This document shows, in pieces, positions 45,929-58,359 of a stretch of 64,000 nucleotides of DNA. Under the pieces are notes generated by a model. The model was not told the DNA's origin. It saw nothing but the letters and a program-made list of their open reading frames with translations, and did not search any database. Source of the stretch: the human T2T-CHM13v2.0 reference genome, Homo sapiens; NCBI RefSeq assembly GCF_009914755.1, contig NC_060933.1; one strand, 5' to 3'. Made by a program: the position numbers and the translations under genes. The first letter of the stretch is position 1. Each line of letters begins with the position of its first letter.

Positions 45929-47280
45929 CTCTCTCCTCCTCCCTCCTCAGAACTTCTCCCACCTCCTGGGAATTCCTCCCACCTCCTCAGAACTCCTCCC
46001 ACATCCTCAGAACTCCTCCTGCCTCCTCAGAACTCCTCCTACCTCCTCAGAATTCCTCCCCCTCCTCAGAACTCCCCCCATTAGAATTCCTCCCACCTCC
46101 TCAGAACTCCTCCCACCTCCTCAGAACTCCTCCCACCTCCTCAGAACTCCTCCTCCCTCCTCAGAATTCCTCCTGCCTCCTCAGAACTCCTCCCACCTCC
46201 TCAGAACTCCTCCTCCCTCCTCAGAATTCCTCCTGCCTCCTCAGAACTCCTCCCACCTCCTCAGAATTCCTCCTCCCTCCTCAGAACTCCTCCTCCTTCC
46301 TCAGAATTCCTTCTCCCTCCTCAGAACTCCTCCCCCCTCCTCAGAATTCCATCTCCCTCCTCAGAACTCCTCCCCCCTCCTCAGAACTCCTCCCCCCTCC
46401 TCAGAATTCCTTCTCCTTCCTCAGAACTCCTCCCACCTCCTCAGAACTCCTCCCCCCTCCTCAGAATTCCTCCCACCTCCTCAGAATTCTTCCTCCCTCC
46501 TCAGAACTATTCCCACCTCCTCAGAATTCCTTCTCCCTCCTCAGAACTCCTCCCACCTCCTCAGAACTCCCCACCCCCTCGGAACTCCTCCTACCTCAGG
46601 ATTCCTTCTCAGGATTCCTCCTCCCTCCTCACAACTCCTGCCTCCTCAGGATTCCTCCTCCCTCCTCAGAACTCCTGCCTCCTCAGGATTTTTCCTCCCT
46701 CCTCAGAACTCCTGCCTCCTCAGGATTCCTCCTCCCTCCTCAGAACTCCTCCCATCTCCTCAGAATTCCTCCTCCCTCCTCAGAACTCTTCCCACCTCCT
46801 CAGAATTTCTCCTCCCTCCTCAGAACTCTTCCCACCTCCTCAGAATTCCTCCTCCCTCCTCAGAACTCCTCCTCCTTCCTCAGAACTCCTCCTCCATCCT
46901 CAGAACTCCTCCCACCTCAGTATTCCTCCTCCCTCCTCAGAACTCCTCCTCCTTCCTCAGAACTCCTCCCACCTCCTCAGAATTCCTCCTTCCTCCTCAG
47001 AACTCCTTTCACTTCCTCAGAATTCCTCCTGGCTCCTCAGGATTCCTCTTCAGAGCTCCTCCCACCTCCTCAGAACTCCTCCTGCCTCCTCAGAACTCCT
47101 TTCACCTTCTCACAATTTCTCCCACCTCTTCAGAACTCCCGCTCCTCACACCTCTCCCACCCCCTCAGAACTCCTCCCCACCTCTTCAGAACCTCTCCCC
47201 ACCTCCCCCAAACCCCTCCTGCCTTCTCAGAACCCCTCTCCACTTCCCCAAAACTCCTCCCACCTCCTCAGAACTCCTCC
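45929..47280. repeat. Minisatellite/VNTR, ~20-bp unit CTCCTCCCACCTCCTCAGAA, roughly 65 copies
   Basis: Regular 20-nt period at ~45981-46560; identical 60-bp blocks at 46141-46200 and 46201-46260; degenerate towards the 3' end. Confidence 0.96.
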
Positions 47281-47469
47281 CTAAATGACTCAGTACAAAG
47301 TCCTCCTCCACCCCTGGGGCTGCTACTGAGAAGCCTTATGTGATTAACTTGCCCTCTTTATGCAAGAGACTTTCCAAAGGGCGAATCATTTCTGCTCTCA
47401 GAGGACAATGCCAGAGTGTTCTGAGTTCTTGGCCTTTCACAAGGATCTGGGATGAAAAGAGGTTGGTGT

Positions 47470-47690
47470 AGTGGAGAGAACATCAGCGTGGGAACCATGA
47501 GCTCTACCATGGACAAGCTGTGTGTCTGGGCCAGTTATTTAACCTGAGTCTTGTCTTCCCCATCCATGAAATCAGTGTGTATGTGTCGAGTAATAATTCT
47601 CCTTCATAGAGGAGCTGTGAGGACTGGTGATAACTAATGTAAAGTATGTCACCATGTTTGGACATAATAAAACTCAATAAACACTGGCTT
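47470..47690 (+). mobile_element. MIR
   Basis: agctgtgtgtctgggccagttatttaacct...ccatccatgaaat...ctcaataaa. Confidence 0.7.
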
Positions 47691-48225
47691 CCCTCTTCCA
47701 TATTCCCTTTTGAGAGATTCAGGTGTGGCCCAAACAAGCAAACTTGAGGTTGGTGAGGAAGAGTGGGCTTTCCACCCGCTCCAAGTCAGGTGCCTGGCCT
47801 GCTCCAACTATGATTTCCATCCTGCATAAGCGCCACCCACACCTGGAGCAGTGTCTCCATCCCTGCCGAGATTCTAGGGACTCTTCAGGGGTTTCCTGCT
47901 TGGGCTTTTTTCTGCTTTTTTGAAAGGAAAAGAACTTCCTCCAGTGAATCCATTTCCATTCACTGGATCTGAGCTTTACAGACTAACATGAATGCATTTA
48001 AGCCTTGCAGAGATATTGCTGTCTTTCATAAAGATGGGGTGACGCATTCAAAACAAACACCTGTTACCTCCCCGTTTGTAATAGTTATGGATGACACATG
48101 CAGGCATCATTAGACAAAGGTAACCCAGCAGGATCGACAACGAAAGGGTAGGTCAGAGCAGAATTGAAGCTGACCCGAAATCGGAAACTCAAAGCTGATA
48201 CTGTGTGTGTATGTTGTCGTTCCAG

Positions 48226-48285
48226 TGCCTCATGGCGTGGGAGTCGATTATTCCACTACTGCAGGAGAAACAAGAGGCCAAGTAA
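48226..48285 (+). CDS. SNX30: SNX30 terminal coding exon (probably exon 9): CLMAWESIIPLLQEKQEAK*
   Basis: TTCCAG acceptor ending at 48225; TAA at 48283-48285; the AWE motif is typical of the SNX-BAR C-terminus. Not listed in the ORF track because it is too short. Confidence 0.95.
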   Translation, partial: CLMAWESIIPLLQEKQEAK

Positions 48286-51200
48286 AGTTCTTTCTTGGGA
48301 CGGAGACTCTTCTACCTACACAGGGCCTGGCACCCTATACCGGAATGTCCCTGCAGTGCCAGAGACGCAGTGCTGGGAAAACAACCACAGAAACATCTCT
48401 CCTTTGTGTATTTTTCCCTCCCCCACCTTTCACCCCACAGTGGTTTTCAATTAGTATTTATTCCATGGTGGAGTCTGTGAGGCTAGAATATCTCTCAGCA
48501 AGAGCAGCATACCTCCATGTTATGAAGGCATCTGTTCAGTGAAGCACTACGAAAATTTGAAACCAAGGGACAAGACAACTTGCAGCTGACGCTCTGACAT
48601 TTCATGACAGTTTCCTCTTTAGGGACAGCTGAGTTGCCAGTTGTGGGAGAGAACCCGGGGCCTGCTTTTCAAGGATGAGGAGGAGGCAGGAACAGAAGGC
48701 AGCTGCTGCTTTCTGTGGAAACCTGGCCCCTCTGGAATTGGCCTCTGTGGGCATTGACTTGTCTTGGCCTAGGAGGCATTGGTGCCTCCCTGGCAAGTCC
48801 TTAACGTACAGTACCTGTAGCTGTGAGTGTGGCCTGCTGCCTGCTTGTGATGAGTGATACCGTCTTACTGTTTCTGTTTCACATAGGGACATTTAAATCA
48901 ATGTCAATGTGCGTCCATGCTTGAGTGAGCAAGCCAGCGTCCTTGTCCTCCTGCAATGCCTTTGGGAAGCTCAGGGGAATGCTCCCCAAGCTTGTTTCTG
49001 ACACTAGAATGCAACAGATTGGAAACTTTTTGTGTAAAATGAAAAAAACAAAGTGCTGTTTTTTTTTTTTTTTCTGTGAAGGTCTTCAGTGTTTTGCTTG
49101 TTCACTGTCATCAGAGCAGGGATTAGACCTGTTAGGGAATATCTATTGTCTTGAAGTCAGAGTAGCTCCCCATTGTTGAGATCAGTGGGCATATACCAAG
49201 CTCCACCCCCAGTGTCAGCTTTGTGCAATTTGCCTTTACCTCACCAAAAATACCTACTTTAATATTTCCTCCTGTGTCCTCTGAATGTCTGGGCGAGCTT
49301 TTGGTGAGAGGGCTGGTATGTCATGTTGTTATGATACAGTCGAAATTTGTCAATGCAGTGTGAATGTTCTACATAAAGTGCTTTAACCCTTAACATTTCC
49401 TGGTCAGGAAGGAAAATCAGTACCTGGACGGGCCTCGAAAATGACAAATGCAACAGCGAGCCCTTTGTGTCCAGCTAAGCTAAAGTCTCCTCAGTGTGCA
49501 GCCAGATTCCTGGGGACTGCTGAGTGTGGTTACAGGCTGCATTTCAGACAATGACCAGGTTTACTTTTCAGATCACAAAGCAAACAGTCACCAAGGATCT
49601 GTCTTCCAACTCTTTTTTTTTTCTGCTGAAATGAAGCTACATGTCATGTTTGTGTTCTTTCATCTGTGGCTCATCCCTGTAAAACTACGAATCTGAGCCT
49701 CAAATAAGCAGTAGTTTTTTTGTTGTTTATTTTTAATGAAACAGCTGTGTTAAGGCGCTGCTTCAGATGCAAGTTCACCTGGAAATACTGGTCAGCGGGC
49801 AGCACGTCAAGGTCACTTAAGCCCACTTTTAACTGCAGGTCATCCTCGCATCAGCCAAGGCTGTGGTGCTGTTGATGCCGCAGTTGGACAGCATAGGACG
49901 GCTTGGTTCTGTTTCATTGTGTTTGACAATGTTGCAGTTTAAATGATAATGTTTAAATCAATTGGTACTTGCCTGTAGTGTTAAACCCTATTTGTGCCAT
50001 TCTCAAGTCCTTTGATGTGAATTTTCAGTTTGGTACAGTTAGAAATGACTCATTGATGCGGACAGGTAAGAACAACCCATGTACCCCCGAGTGATTGCAT
50101 GCTTTATTCTACCTCTAAGCCATCGTGTTGGCGTGGGTATGGACGCCTGGGTCTGACCTGACACTGTGCTGGGAGAATCAGGATGTGTGTCTAATGGCGA
50201 GCTGACAGCCCTCTGCTGATATTTGGCAGAAGGCACCAGACCAGCCCAGCAGCAAATGCTCATCTTTGGGAACATAGGAAGCTTTACCTTGGGGAAGGTA
50301 TGCTTTACAAATGTCCAGTGTAATGAATGTTTGGAAAAAACTGGAGTTACAGGAAAATGAAATCTGACTATCTGCTAGTTGCCAAAACCCAGAAACATTC
50401 CTGTGTAATGGTTAGTTGGGAAAGAAGGCAGCACTTGAAAAAATTTACCAGGTTCCTCACTGGGAGATGTGGGAAGGGGCGTGGGACGCACGCGGTCACT
50501 CCCTCTCCTAGTGAGAGGCAGATGGCTGGCTCTGAAGGGAGGCAGGCACCGTGGGATTTGGGCTTGCTCTGCTTGGTCCCCATGTGATGCCCTGTGCTGT
50601 AAGATATCAGAAAGACCTGGAACAAGGCAAACTTTATGTCTTCCTGGCATGTTATTGATAACAGAGCCAGGAAGTCCAGTGTACATTACAGATTTTCTGG
50701 GAGAAATAGTCCTTCCAGAGAAAGGATTCCTTCCCAGCCTCCAGGCTGGTGTCTCATGAGGTGAGGAGGCTGGCCCAGAAGGAAGGGGACGTTAGGTGGT
50801 GAAGCAGGCTCCCCTGGGCCTCTGAGGGCCAGCAGTCCCAACCATTTGCCTCTTCGTTTTGACCAAGCACAAAAGAGATATTCCCTAGAAGTGTCACACG
50901 GAGGCTTCTGTGCCAAAGACTGCCTTGTAGAGGTCTCATCACCTCACACTTCTTGACTTCACAAAATTGTGGCCCTGAGATCAGTACTCCTCTCTTAAGT
51001 ATTTATTATTATTATTATTTACTTTACCTCAAGCAGACAGACATAGGTTTTGAGGCTTGAATACATGGCAGTGGAATACAAGGCCCTCCCTAGCAGCCGC
51101 CCCAGGCCTGGAAAGTGGGAGATTTCATTCGCCCGGGTTAAAAATCCAGAGGAAGACAGAAGAGAGGAGTCCTAGGAACTGAGCAGATTTTAGAGACGCA

Positions 51201-54200
51201 AATGATGTTTAAGAGAGCCTTGTGATTTGTAGCAAGCATGGGCACTGCTTTTTCTTACTAATGTGGTAGATCTACACGAACATTCTAGGCTGTTCTGCTC
51301 AGAGCGAGGAACCACTGCTCCTCAATGGGGAGGGAACATACCACCCAGCCAGGCTTAGCGTTGGGTTTTATCCTTTAATAAAAGTTTTATAATGATTCCT
51401 GTTCACCTTAAAGTGTGATTATGGAGATGATTGGCTCCATATTTCACCACGTCATTCCTTCAACTCACCAGACACCTTTCTTTAGTTGAAATAAACCAGC
51501 ATGACCTGGAGATCATGGTGACTGTAAGCTAAGTCTGTTTTCATGCCAGATTTCAGCCCCACCCAGAGTGTGCTCTAGATGTTGTTGATTTGAATGGTTT
51601 TCCCAGTTCCCACTCCACATGGGGAAGTTGAATGAATGCACACCTGCTGCTCACTTCTTGTGAGGCTGCCTTTTGTGATCAAATAACAGGAAGTTCTGCT
51701 TTAGAGGAGGGCACGATGACCATGTGGCAGTCTGCAAGTGGAATTTTGGGATGGCAGCCCGAGGAACATCCAGAGTTACTGTGTGACTTGGTCCTGCCAT
51801 TGTTAGCTTTGAAATCACAGGCATTGGGCTCTGTTTTGACACCATTCATTGGACTGCGGGACAGTCATTCTTTACGTTCTCTCTTGAGCTGGTGAGAGAG
51901 GAGGAAGAGGGAAGTCAAGAGCAACCTCCAAGGCCTATGTCAGCCTCTTCTCCTTGGGTCTTGGGGTGGGTTAGAACTGGGTTCCAGTCTGGCCAGATGG
52001 GTTGCTGGCTGCACTGAGGGTGATTCTTCTCAGAAGATGGGCTGCCTGTGGTCAGGACAGGGCATACCAGTCTGGACTCCACCTTCCCAGACACCTACTT
52101 TAAGGACCTGTGGAAACTGGGTGATCCAATTATAGGGCTGGGGCAACCCTGCTTTGGCCACCCTCATTTACAAACTTAGGTTGGGAGCTTGGGTTTCCTG
52201 TCTCACTTCCAAAAGCCTTCAAGATGGCAGCAGATGGACACACCCTCTCATTTCTTGTGTCTTGTCTGTCAGATGGCAGGAGGCCTGTATCAGTAAATTT
52301 GAGGAAAATGTTCTCTCCTGGGCCAGCCTCACAGCTTGCGTTGGGTGTGTTGGAATTGTTCTCTTCGGCCTTGTTCTGCCTTGTGATCTTTTCAATTCAG
52401 TGAATAAACCAGGAATCCATTTTTTCACCAACCCACCCTGTAGATTGTCAGCTTTTTGTTTGAGAGATGCCTGGTCTCACAGTTACATGTATCAGAGTGT
52501 GTGTAAGTTGTCTGTGTTAGAAAGGTTGGGGTGGGGGCTTTGTTGCAGGGGATTAGACTGTTCTTTCTTCATCATAATTTGAGATACATCCTGAGTATGA
52601 CTGTCTAACCCTTTCTGTGTGGCAGAAAAATATGTTTTCCAGGTAGTTTTTACTACTACAGAGAGTCTGTAAATAAGTGCTTTAAAAAAATAACAAACCA
52701 ATAAGATATTTGTCTCCTATATAAACATTCTGTGTATTTAGCACTTGAAAATCAACAAATCCAGAATTTAAAAAAATGCCACAGACTTTTCAAAGCCCAA
52801 CTGTACTTTTTTGAGAATTTGTCCGTACCTACTAATATGCCTTATTCTTCTTCACCTAGTGTTTTAAAAGTCCTGGGTAGAAAGAGTTTTAGAAATGTAA
52901 TCAGTTGTTCAGCTTCAATAATATAGAGATCTAACATAGTCAGTCCTCAGGCCCCCTAAAGAAACAAGCAAGAAAGTGAGGGCCATCACTAGGGTTGGCT
53001 TTGGGGAGGGGAAAACTAAGGACTGCTTTTGCCAAATGATATTTTTGATAATGTAAGGAAACACAGGGACCACAAAACCTTTTTTTTTTTTTAAGTGTGA
53101 AAGATTAGTGCCTTTTGGCATACTTTTGATTTTAGAGGATATAGTATCGGCATTGACAAATCACGTAGAAACAAAGAATGCTATAGATGACAACAGTATT
53201 AAATGTTACTCCTGATTCTGCAGAACAGCTTTTGAAGATACTGGGGGGTATCTTCAAGCCTCAGAGCAGCTTGTTTCAGATAGAAATTCTCTATGGGTTG
53301 AAATGCCAAAAACAGAAAACATGATGTTGACTCATGTAATTTAGTCCATTTTAGCAGAGCCTTTAGTGTTAACACCAGTGGCGAGGAGCATTGCATATTC
53401 TCTGTCAGCAGCAGCACTCCCACACCAGGTGGTTCTGGGCTCTCTGTAGGCTGGTCCTAGTAGGTGACACCCAGCAACACCCCTGTTGGACAGGATTGAT
53501 TGTTCGCAGTCTTAGACCAACACTTCAGTCAGAAATGTTACTGGGAGGAGGAAAGGAAAATCACTTTTTTTCCTCCATGTGGAAATGAGGAGAGAGGAAA
53601 GTGGATTGCAAACCAAAATGTGAGTCAGTGTGATGAAGCAGTGGCTCTGTCATCTCGGCCTTTATCCAATAACAAACCAGCATCTCTTAAAGGCGCTTTT
53701 GGCCTAGACACCCCTGAAGTTTGGATGAAGTCTGGTGGATTCCCTGTCCGTTGTATTTCTGTGTGCCTGTTCCCTTCATTGCTGTGAGTTGGGAGTGCAT
53801 TGAGAGATGATGTCCATCTGATATATTCCTGTGAAATAAACTGCCAGCAAACTTTCTAACTTGTATTTTAACTGTTAAAGAAGAGATTAAAAACTTCGGC
53901 TTTGGACATGTCCACATTATGGACTGTCATCTTATTTTTAAAAGTCATTCTTTACGTTTAAAATTTTAAAATAAAAACCTTCTGAGGTATTGATGTAGTC
54001 CACCGTGTAAATGTTACCTTCTCTCCATGCTGCCATTATGCCAAAACAAAAGCTGTGATAAAAAAAGTGCTTGAGAGAGTGTGTTGATAAGAAAGTGATT
54101 TATTTACAGATGGAAGTCTTTGTTTCATGAAGCTACCAAACTTTAAAAAGAATGTCACCCTTTTTTTTGTTTGTTATGGAAACCAGAGATTGTAAAATGG

Positions 54201-54425
54201 AAAAAGAATCGTTTTTTTTGTTGACTTTTTGATGCTGGCACGAGGTTTTTGTCCACTTTTTTCATATATCTGTGTATAAAAAAATTGTTGTTTACTATGG
54301 AATTAGTATTACATTTTGAGGTAAACAAAAGAATTTGTATTGCTTGATAAATATTAGCTTGTAAATTTAAAGTTTCTTTACTTCAATTAACTTAAAGGAC
54401 CAATAAACCCATAAAAGATGCTTTC
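48286..54425 (+). other. SNX30: SNX30 long 3' UTR (~6.1 kb, no obvious Alu or L1)
   Basis: Repeat-poor sequence after the stop codon, becoming AU-rich from ~52.6 kb; repeats resume after ~54.9 kb. The exact end is inferred. Confidence 0.8.
54402..54407 (+). terminator. Likely distal poly(A) signal of SNX30
   Basis: AATAAA at the end of the AU-rich block, followed by T/GT-rich sequence. Other AATAAA hexamers lie at 51377, 51490, 53835 and 53970. Confidence 0.7.
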
Positions 54426-55196
54426 TTTATCTGGAGTCATGTCCTCATTTGTACCTTTTTGTAAGGCAGAAAAACATGTGTGCCTATTTTTCTGTTTTCT
54501 TATTTTCTCTTTACAAGTTTTCAGTTTGCCTGTAAGAATCAAGACATACAGAGCAACAGGAAAAAATATATATAATTGAACTATTTTTATTCTTCTTCAC
54601 TTCTTTATAGGCCCAGTTTACCCTCAATTTACCCTCTTCTACATCTTCCACATCTGCACCAATCTGGGGAGATGAAGAAACTTCCTAGTGTAGTAGCCAT
54701 CATGACTGGCAGGCAGGCCGACAGCCAGCTGAGGTATTTACTACATGAAAGATTTCCTGTGTTATCCCATAGCAAAGCACAACATTATATTCTGCATCAG
54801 GGCCAGTTAAGTTGACCTGATGATGGTAATGCATTGAACTTGAGTATATTTAAAATAGTGCTCAACTTGACTTACTTTAAGACTGCAGTCATACAAAATA
54901 AGGCAGCAAGCTGAATAAGACGTGGATCATGGATCAAATCTCAGCTTTTCCACTTACTAGCTATGTGGCTTTAGGCAAGTCACACTTGGCTGAATATTTA
55001 GTATTACGATCTTTGAGATGAAAACAAGACTTCCACATGGGGTTGTCGATAGGACTAGCAATATGGTATGCAAAGCACTTAAATGTCAGGCAGCTTCTCA
55101 CTGTGATAGCCCCTTTCTAAAGACTTCCTAATTTAAATATTAAGGCTATTAGGATATTATCCTTAAGGATATGGCCAATTTAAATATTAAGGATAA

Positions 55197-55565
<369 letters not shown>

Positions 55566-55774
55566 TGAAGGACGGTGTCAGATTGAAGGCCTGAAGAATG
55601 GGGAGGAATAAATTCCAAAAGCCATGGCAAGAAGTGATAAAGGGAGGTGAAAATAGCCGATTTAAGAGATTCTTGGGGGGAGGAGAATGGACCGGAGATG
55701 ACTGGAAGATTGCCAGCCTGGGATTTGGAGGCGATGCCATTAGCTAAAATTAGGAGAGAAAGACAGAATATGGA

Positions 55775-56388
55775 GGCTGGGCGTGGTGGCTCATTCCTGT
55801 AATCCCAGCACTTTGGGAGGCCACAGCAGGAGATCACTTGAGCCCAAGAGTTAAAGACCAGCCTGAGCAACGTAGACCCCGTCTCTACAAAAATTAAAAA
55901 TCAAAAAAGATGGAATGAGCTTAGGTGGTGGGGTGTGAGAAGGAGAACTTGGTTTCGCTTTAGGTTTGAGGAAATCCAGGTGGAGATGTTGACTTGGCTG
56001 TTGGAAATGAAGTTCTGGAGTCCATGGGGGTGGACTAGATTGCATGGGAAGAGAACCAAGGACAGGACCTTGGAGGCCTCAAGAATTAAGAATACAGGCA
56101 GGGTGCAATGGCTCATACCTGTAATCCCAGCACTTTGGGAGGTCGAGGCAGGTGGATCATTTGAAGCCAGGAGTTCGAGACCGGCCTAGCCAACATGGCG
56201 AAACCTGTCTCTATCAAAAATACAAAAATTAGCCAGACATGGTGGTGCGTGCTTGTATTCCCAGCTGCTCAGGTGGCTGAGGCAGGAGAATTGCTTGAAC
56301 TCTGGAGGTGGAGGTTGCAGTGAGCTGCGATTGCACCACTGCACTACAGCCTGGGCAAAAGAGTAAGACTGTCAAAAAAAAAAAAAAA
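55775..56388 (+). mobile_element. FLAM (55775-55905) and AluS (56097-56388) within L2 sequence
   Basis: Alu consensus matches; L2 motifs lie between them. Confidence 0.85.
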
Positions 56389-57164
56389 AGGATGCAGGGA
56401 GACAAGGAGGACTCAGGGAAAATTCTTGAGAAAAAATCGGGCCCCATAGGTGAGAATGGTGATTCTTAAATGAGGGCTTGTGAGACACCAATTGTTGAGC
56501 CCCAGTCCTAGAGTTTGACTTGGGTGAGATCCCAGAATTTTCATTTCTAACCGGTTCCCAGGTGATGCTGCTGCTGCTGGCCCAAGAACCCTGGGTTAGA
56601 ACATCTGTTAGAAGAAATGGTGACCCTGGAAAAGCTGACAAGGTTTGAAACTCCTACCCTGGTGACAGCTGGAGTTGAAAAGGAGCCAATACTTGGGCTT
56701 TGAGAGCTCAGCTCAGGTTAAAAAACACAAGTTTATATAGCAGGGTCAGTGTGGACAAGGGATGACATTTCTCTAAACAGTAAGAGGCTTTTTAGGAGTA
56801 GGAACGATTAGATTCATTCAGGCTGAGGAGCTGGTCAAGAGGCTGGACCAGAAGGTAAGGAGTTGGGGAATGAGCATATTGATGAGTAAGGGTGGAGAGG
56901 TTGAACATGATCTTGACCTCATCTTTCCCATCCTATCTGCTCTGCTCATGCTGCCAGACTCTTGGGGTTGGAGGGGGGCGCTACCTTTTTCCCAGTGGCC
57001 TGAGCCCCAAATCTGAGTCATTCTGGCCTCCATCTACCTCACCCTCTACCATCCATCCATTAACCAACTCCTGTAGCCTCTAACTCCCAAATATTTTTCC
57101 ATATCCATCTACTTTTCTCCATGCTTGTAGCTTCCTACCCTACGTCTGCTATTATTTTTTTACT

Positions 57165-57458
57165 TTAATTTTTTTTTTTAAGAGGCAATCTTGCTCTCTC
57201 ACCCAGGCAGGGGTATAGTGGCCCAGTCATAGCTCACTGCAGCCTTGAACTCGGGCTCAAGCGATCCTGTCGTTTTAGCCTCCTGAGTAGCTGGGATTAT
57301 AGGTGCACACCACCATACCCAGGTAATTTTAATTTTTTTTGTAGAGATAGTGGTCTCGCTATTTGCTCAGGCTAGTGCTGGATTCCTGGCCTCAAGTGAT
57401 CTTCCTAGCTTGGCCTCCCAGAGTGCTGGGATTATAGGCCTGAGCCACCAAGGCTGGC
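57165..57458 (-). mobile_element. AluJ within an L2 region (~57000-58200)
   Basis: Diverged dimer. Confidence 0.85.
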
Positions 57459-58359
57459 CAGTCAGTCTGCCATTATCCTTCACCTGGTTTACTGCAAGGG
57501 CTTCACAGCTCATCTCCTTTCTTCAAGCTTGCTCACTCCTTCCACCAATTCATTGTCCTCAGTGTTGCCAGGGAGCTGTTTCTAAGATGCAAATTTAAGC
57601 ACTCTGTGTTCCTGCTTAACACCTTCCAACAGCTATCCCCATTTACTCTGAAGAGAAACATCTTTTTCTTTTGAAAGGATATTTTATGTTATTCCTCCTT
57701 ACCACCCCAGTCTCATCTTACTGTCCTCCGTAATACTTGTCCTTCCGTCTGCTGCCTTCACACTGAATTCCTAAACCTTTGATATATTTTCACCTTCAGG
57801 CCTTCCAGCAAGTTGTTCCTTCTGCCTGGAATGTCCCCCAACATCTGGCCTTAGTAACTGCTACTTACCCTTCCAGCCTTGTCATAGAAGTCATTTCTGG
57901 GATGCCCTTCCTGCTCTCCCAAATCTGGATTCCGTGCTCCCTTATATTAGTGAGGTTGGAGAGGTTGAACGTGATCTTGAACTTCTTGAACTCATCTTTC
58001 CCATCCCATCTGCTCTGCTCATGTTGCCTGACTCAGTGCAAGGGTGCTGGCTCCTTCCCAGTGGAAGGAGACATCCCTATCTGCTGTTCTGTCTGCTTCA
58101 CCTGATAGACAGTACACTGTGCTAGGGCAGACACAGTGACGTGCTATTCTTTCTGTATCTCAGCACCTAGCATGGGGCCTGGACCTTATTAGATGTGTCA
58201 TAGAGTTTTGTTCATTCCCTGCAAGAGGATTAGAGATACAAACTCTCAGAGCCCAAATACCTTGAATGTATTCTGCAGCCGTGTATTTTATCCTGTATAA
58301 GAACATCAAGTCTGTAGTCACAGACAGAATCTGACCTGGGAAAGAACGATTCACACACT

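Noticed and set aside
46100-46900. PRDM9 hotspot motif in the VNTR
   Set aside because: CCTCCCT 7-mers occur, but I could not find the full CCNCCNTNNCCNC 13-mer in the units I checked.
45929-47280. CRISPR-like array
   Set aside because: The units are contiguous with no unique spacers, there are no cas genes, and the context is a eukaryotic intron.
45925-47343. 472-aa ORF as a standalone novel gene
   Set aside because: It is the translation of a 20-bp minisatellite whose unit lacks stop codons. There is no promoter context or domain. Kept only as a speculative alternative exon.
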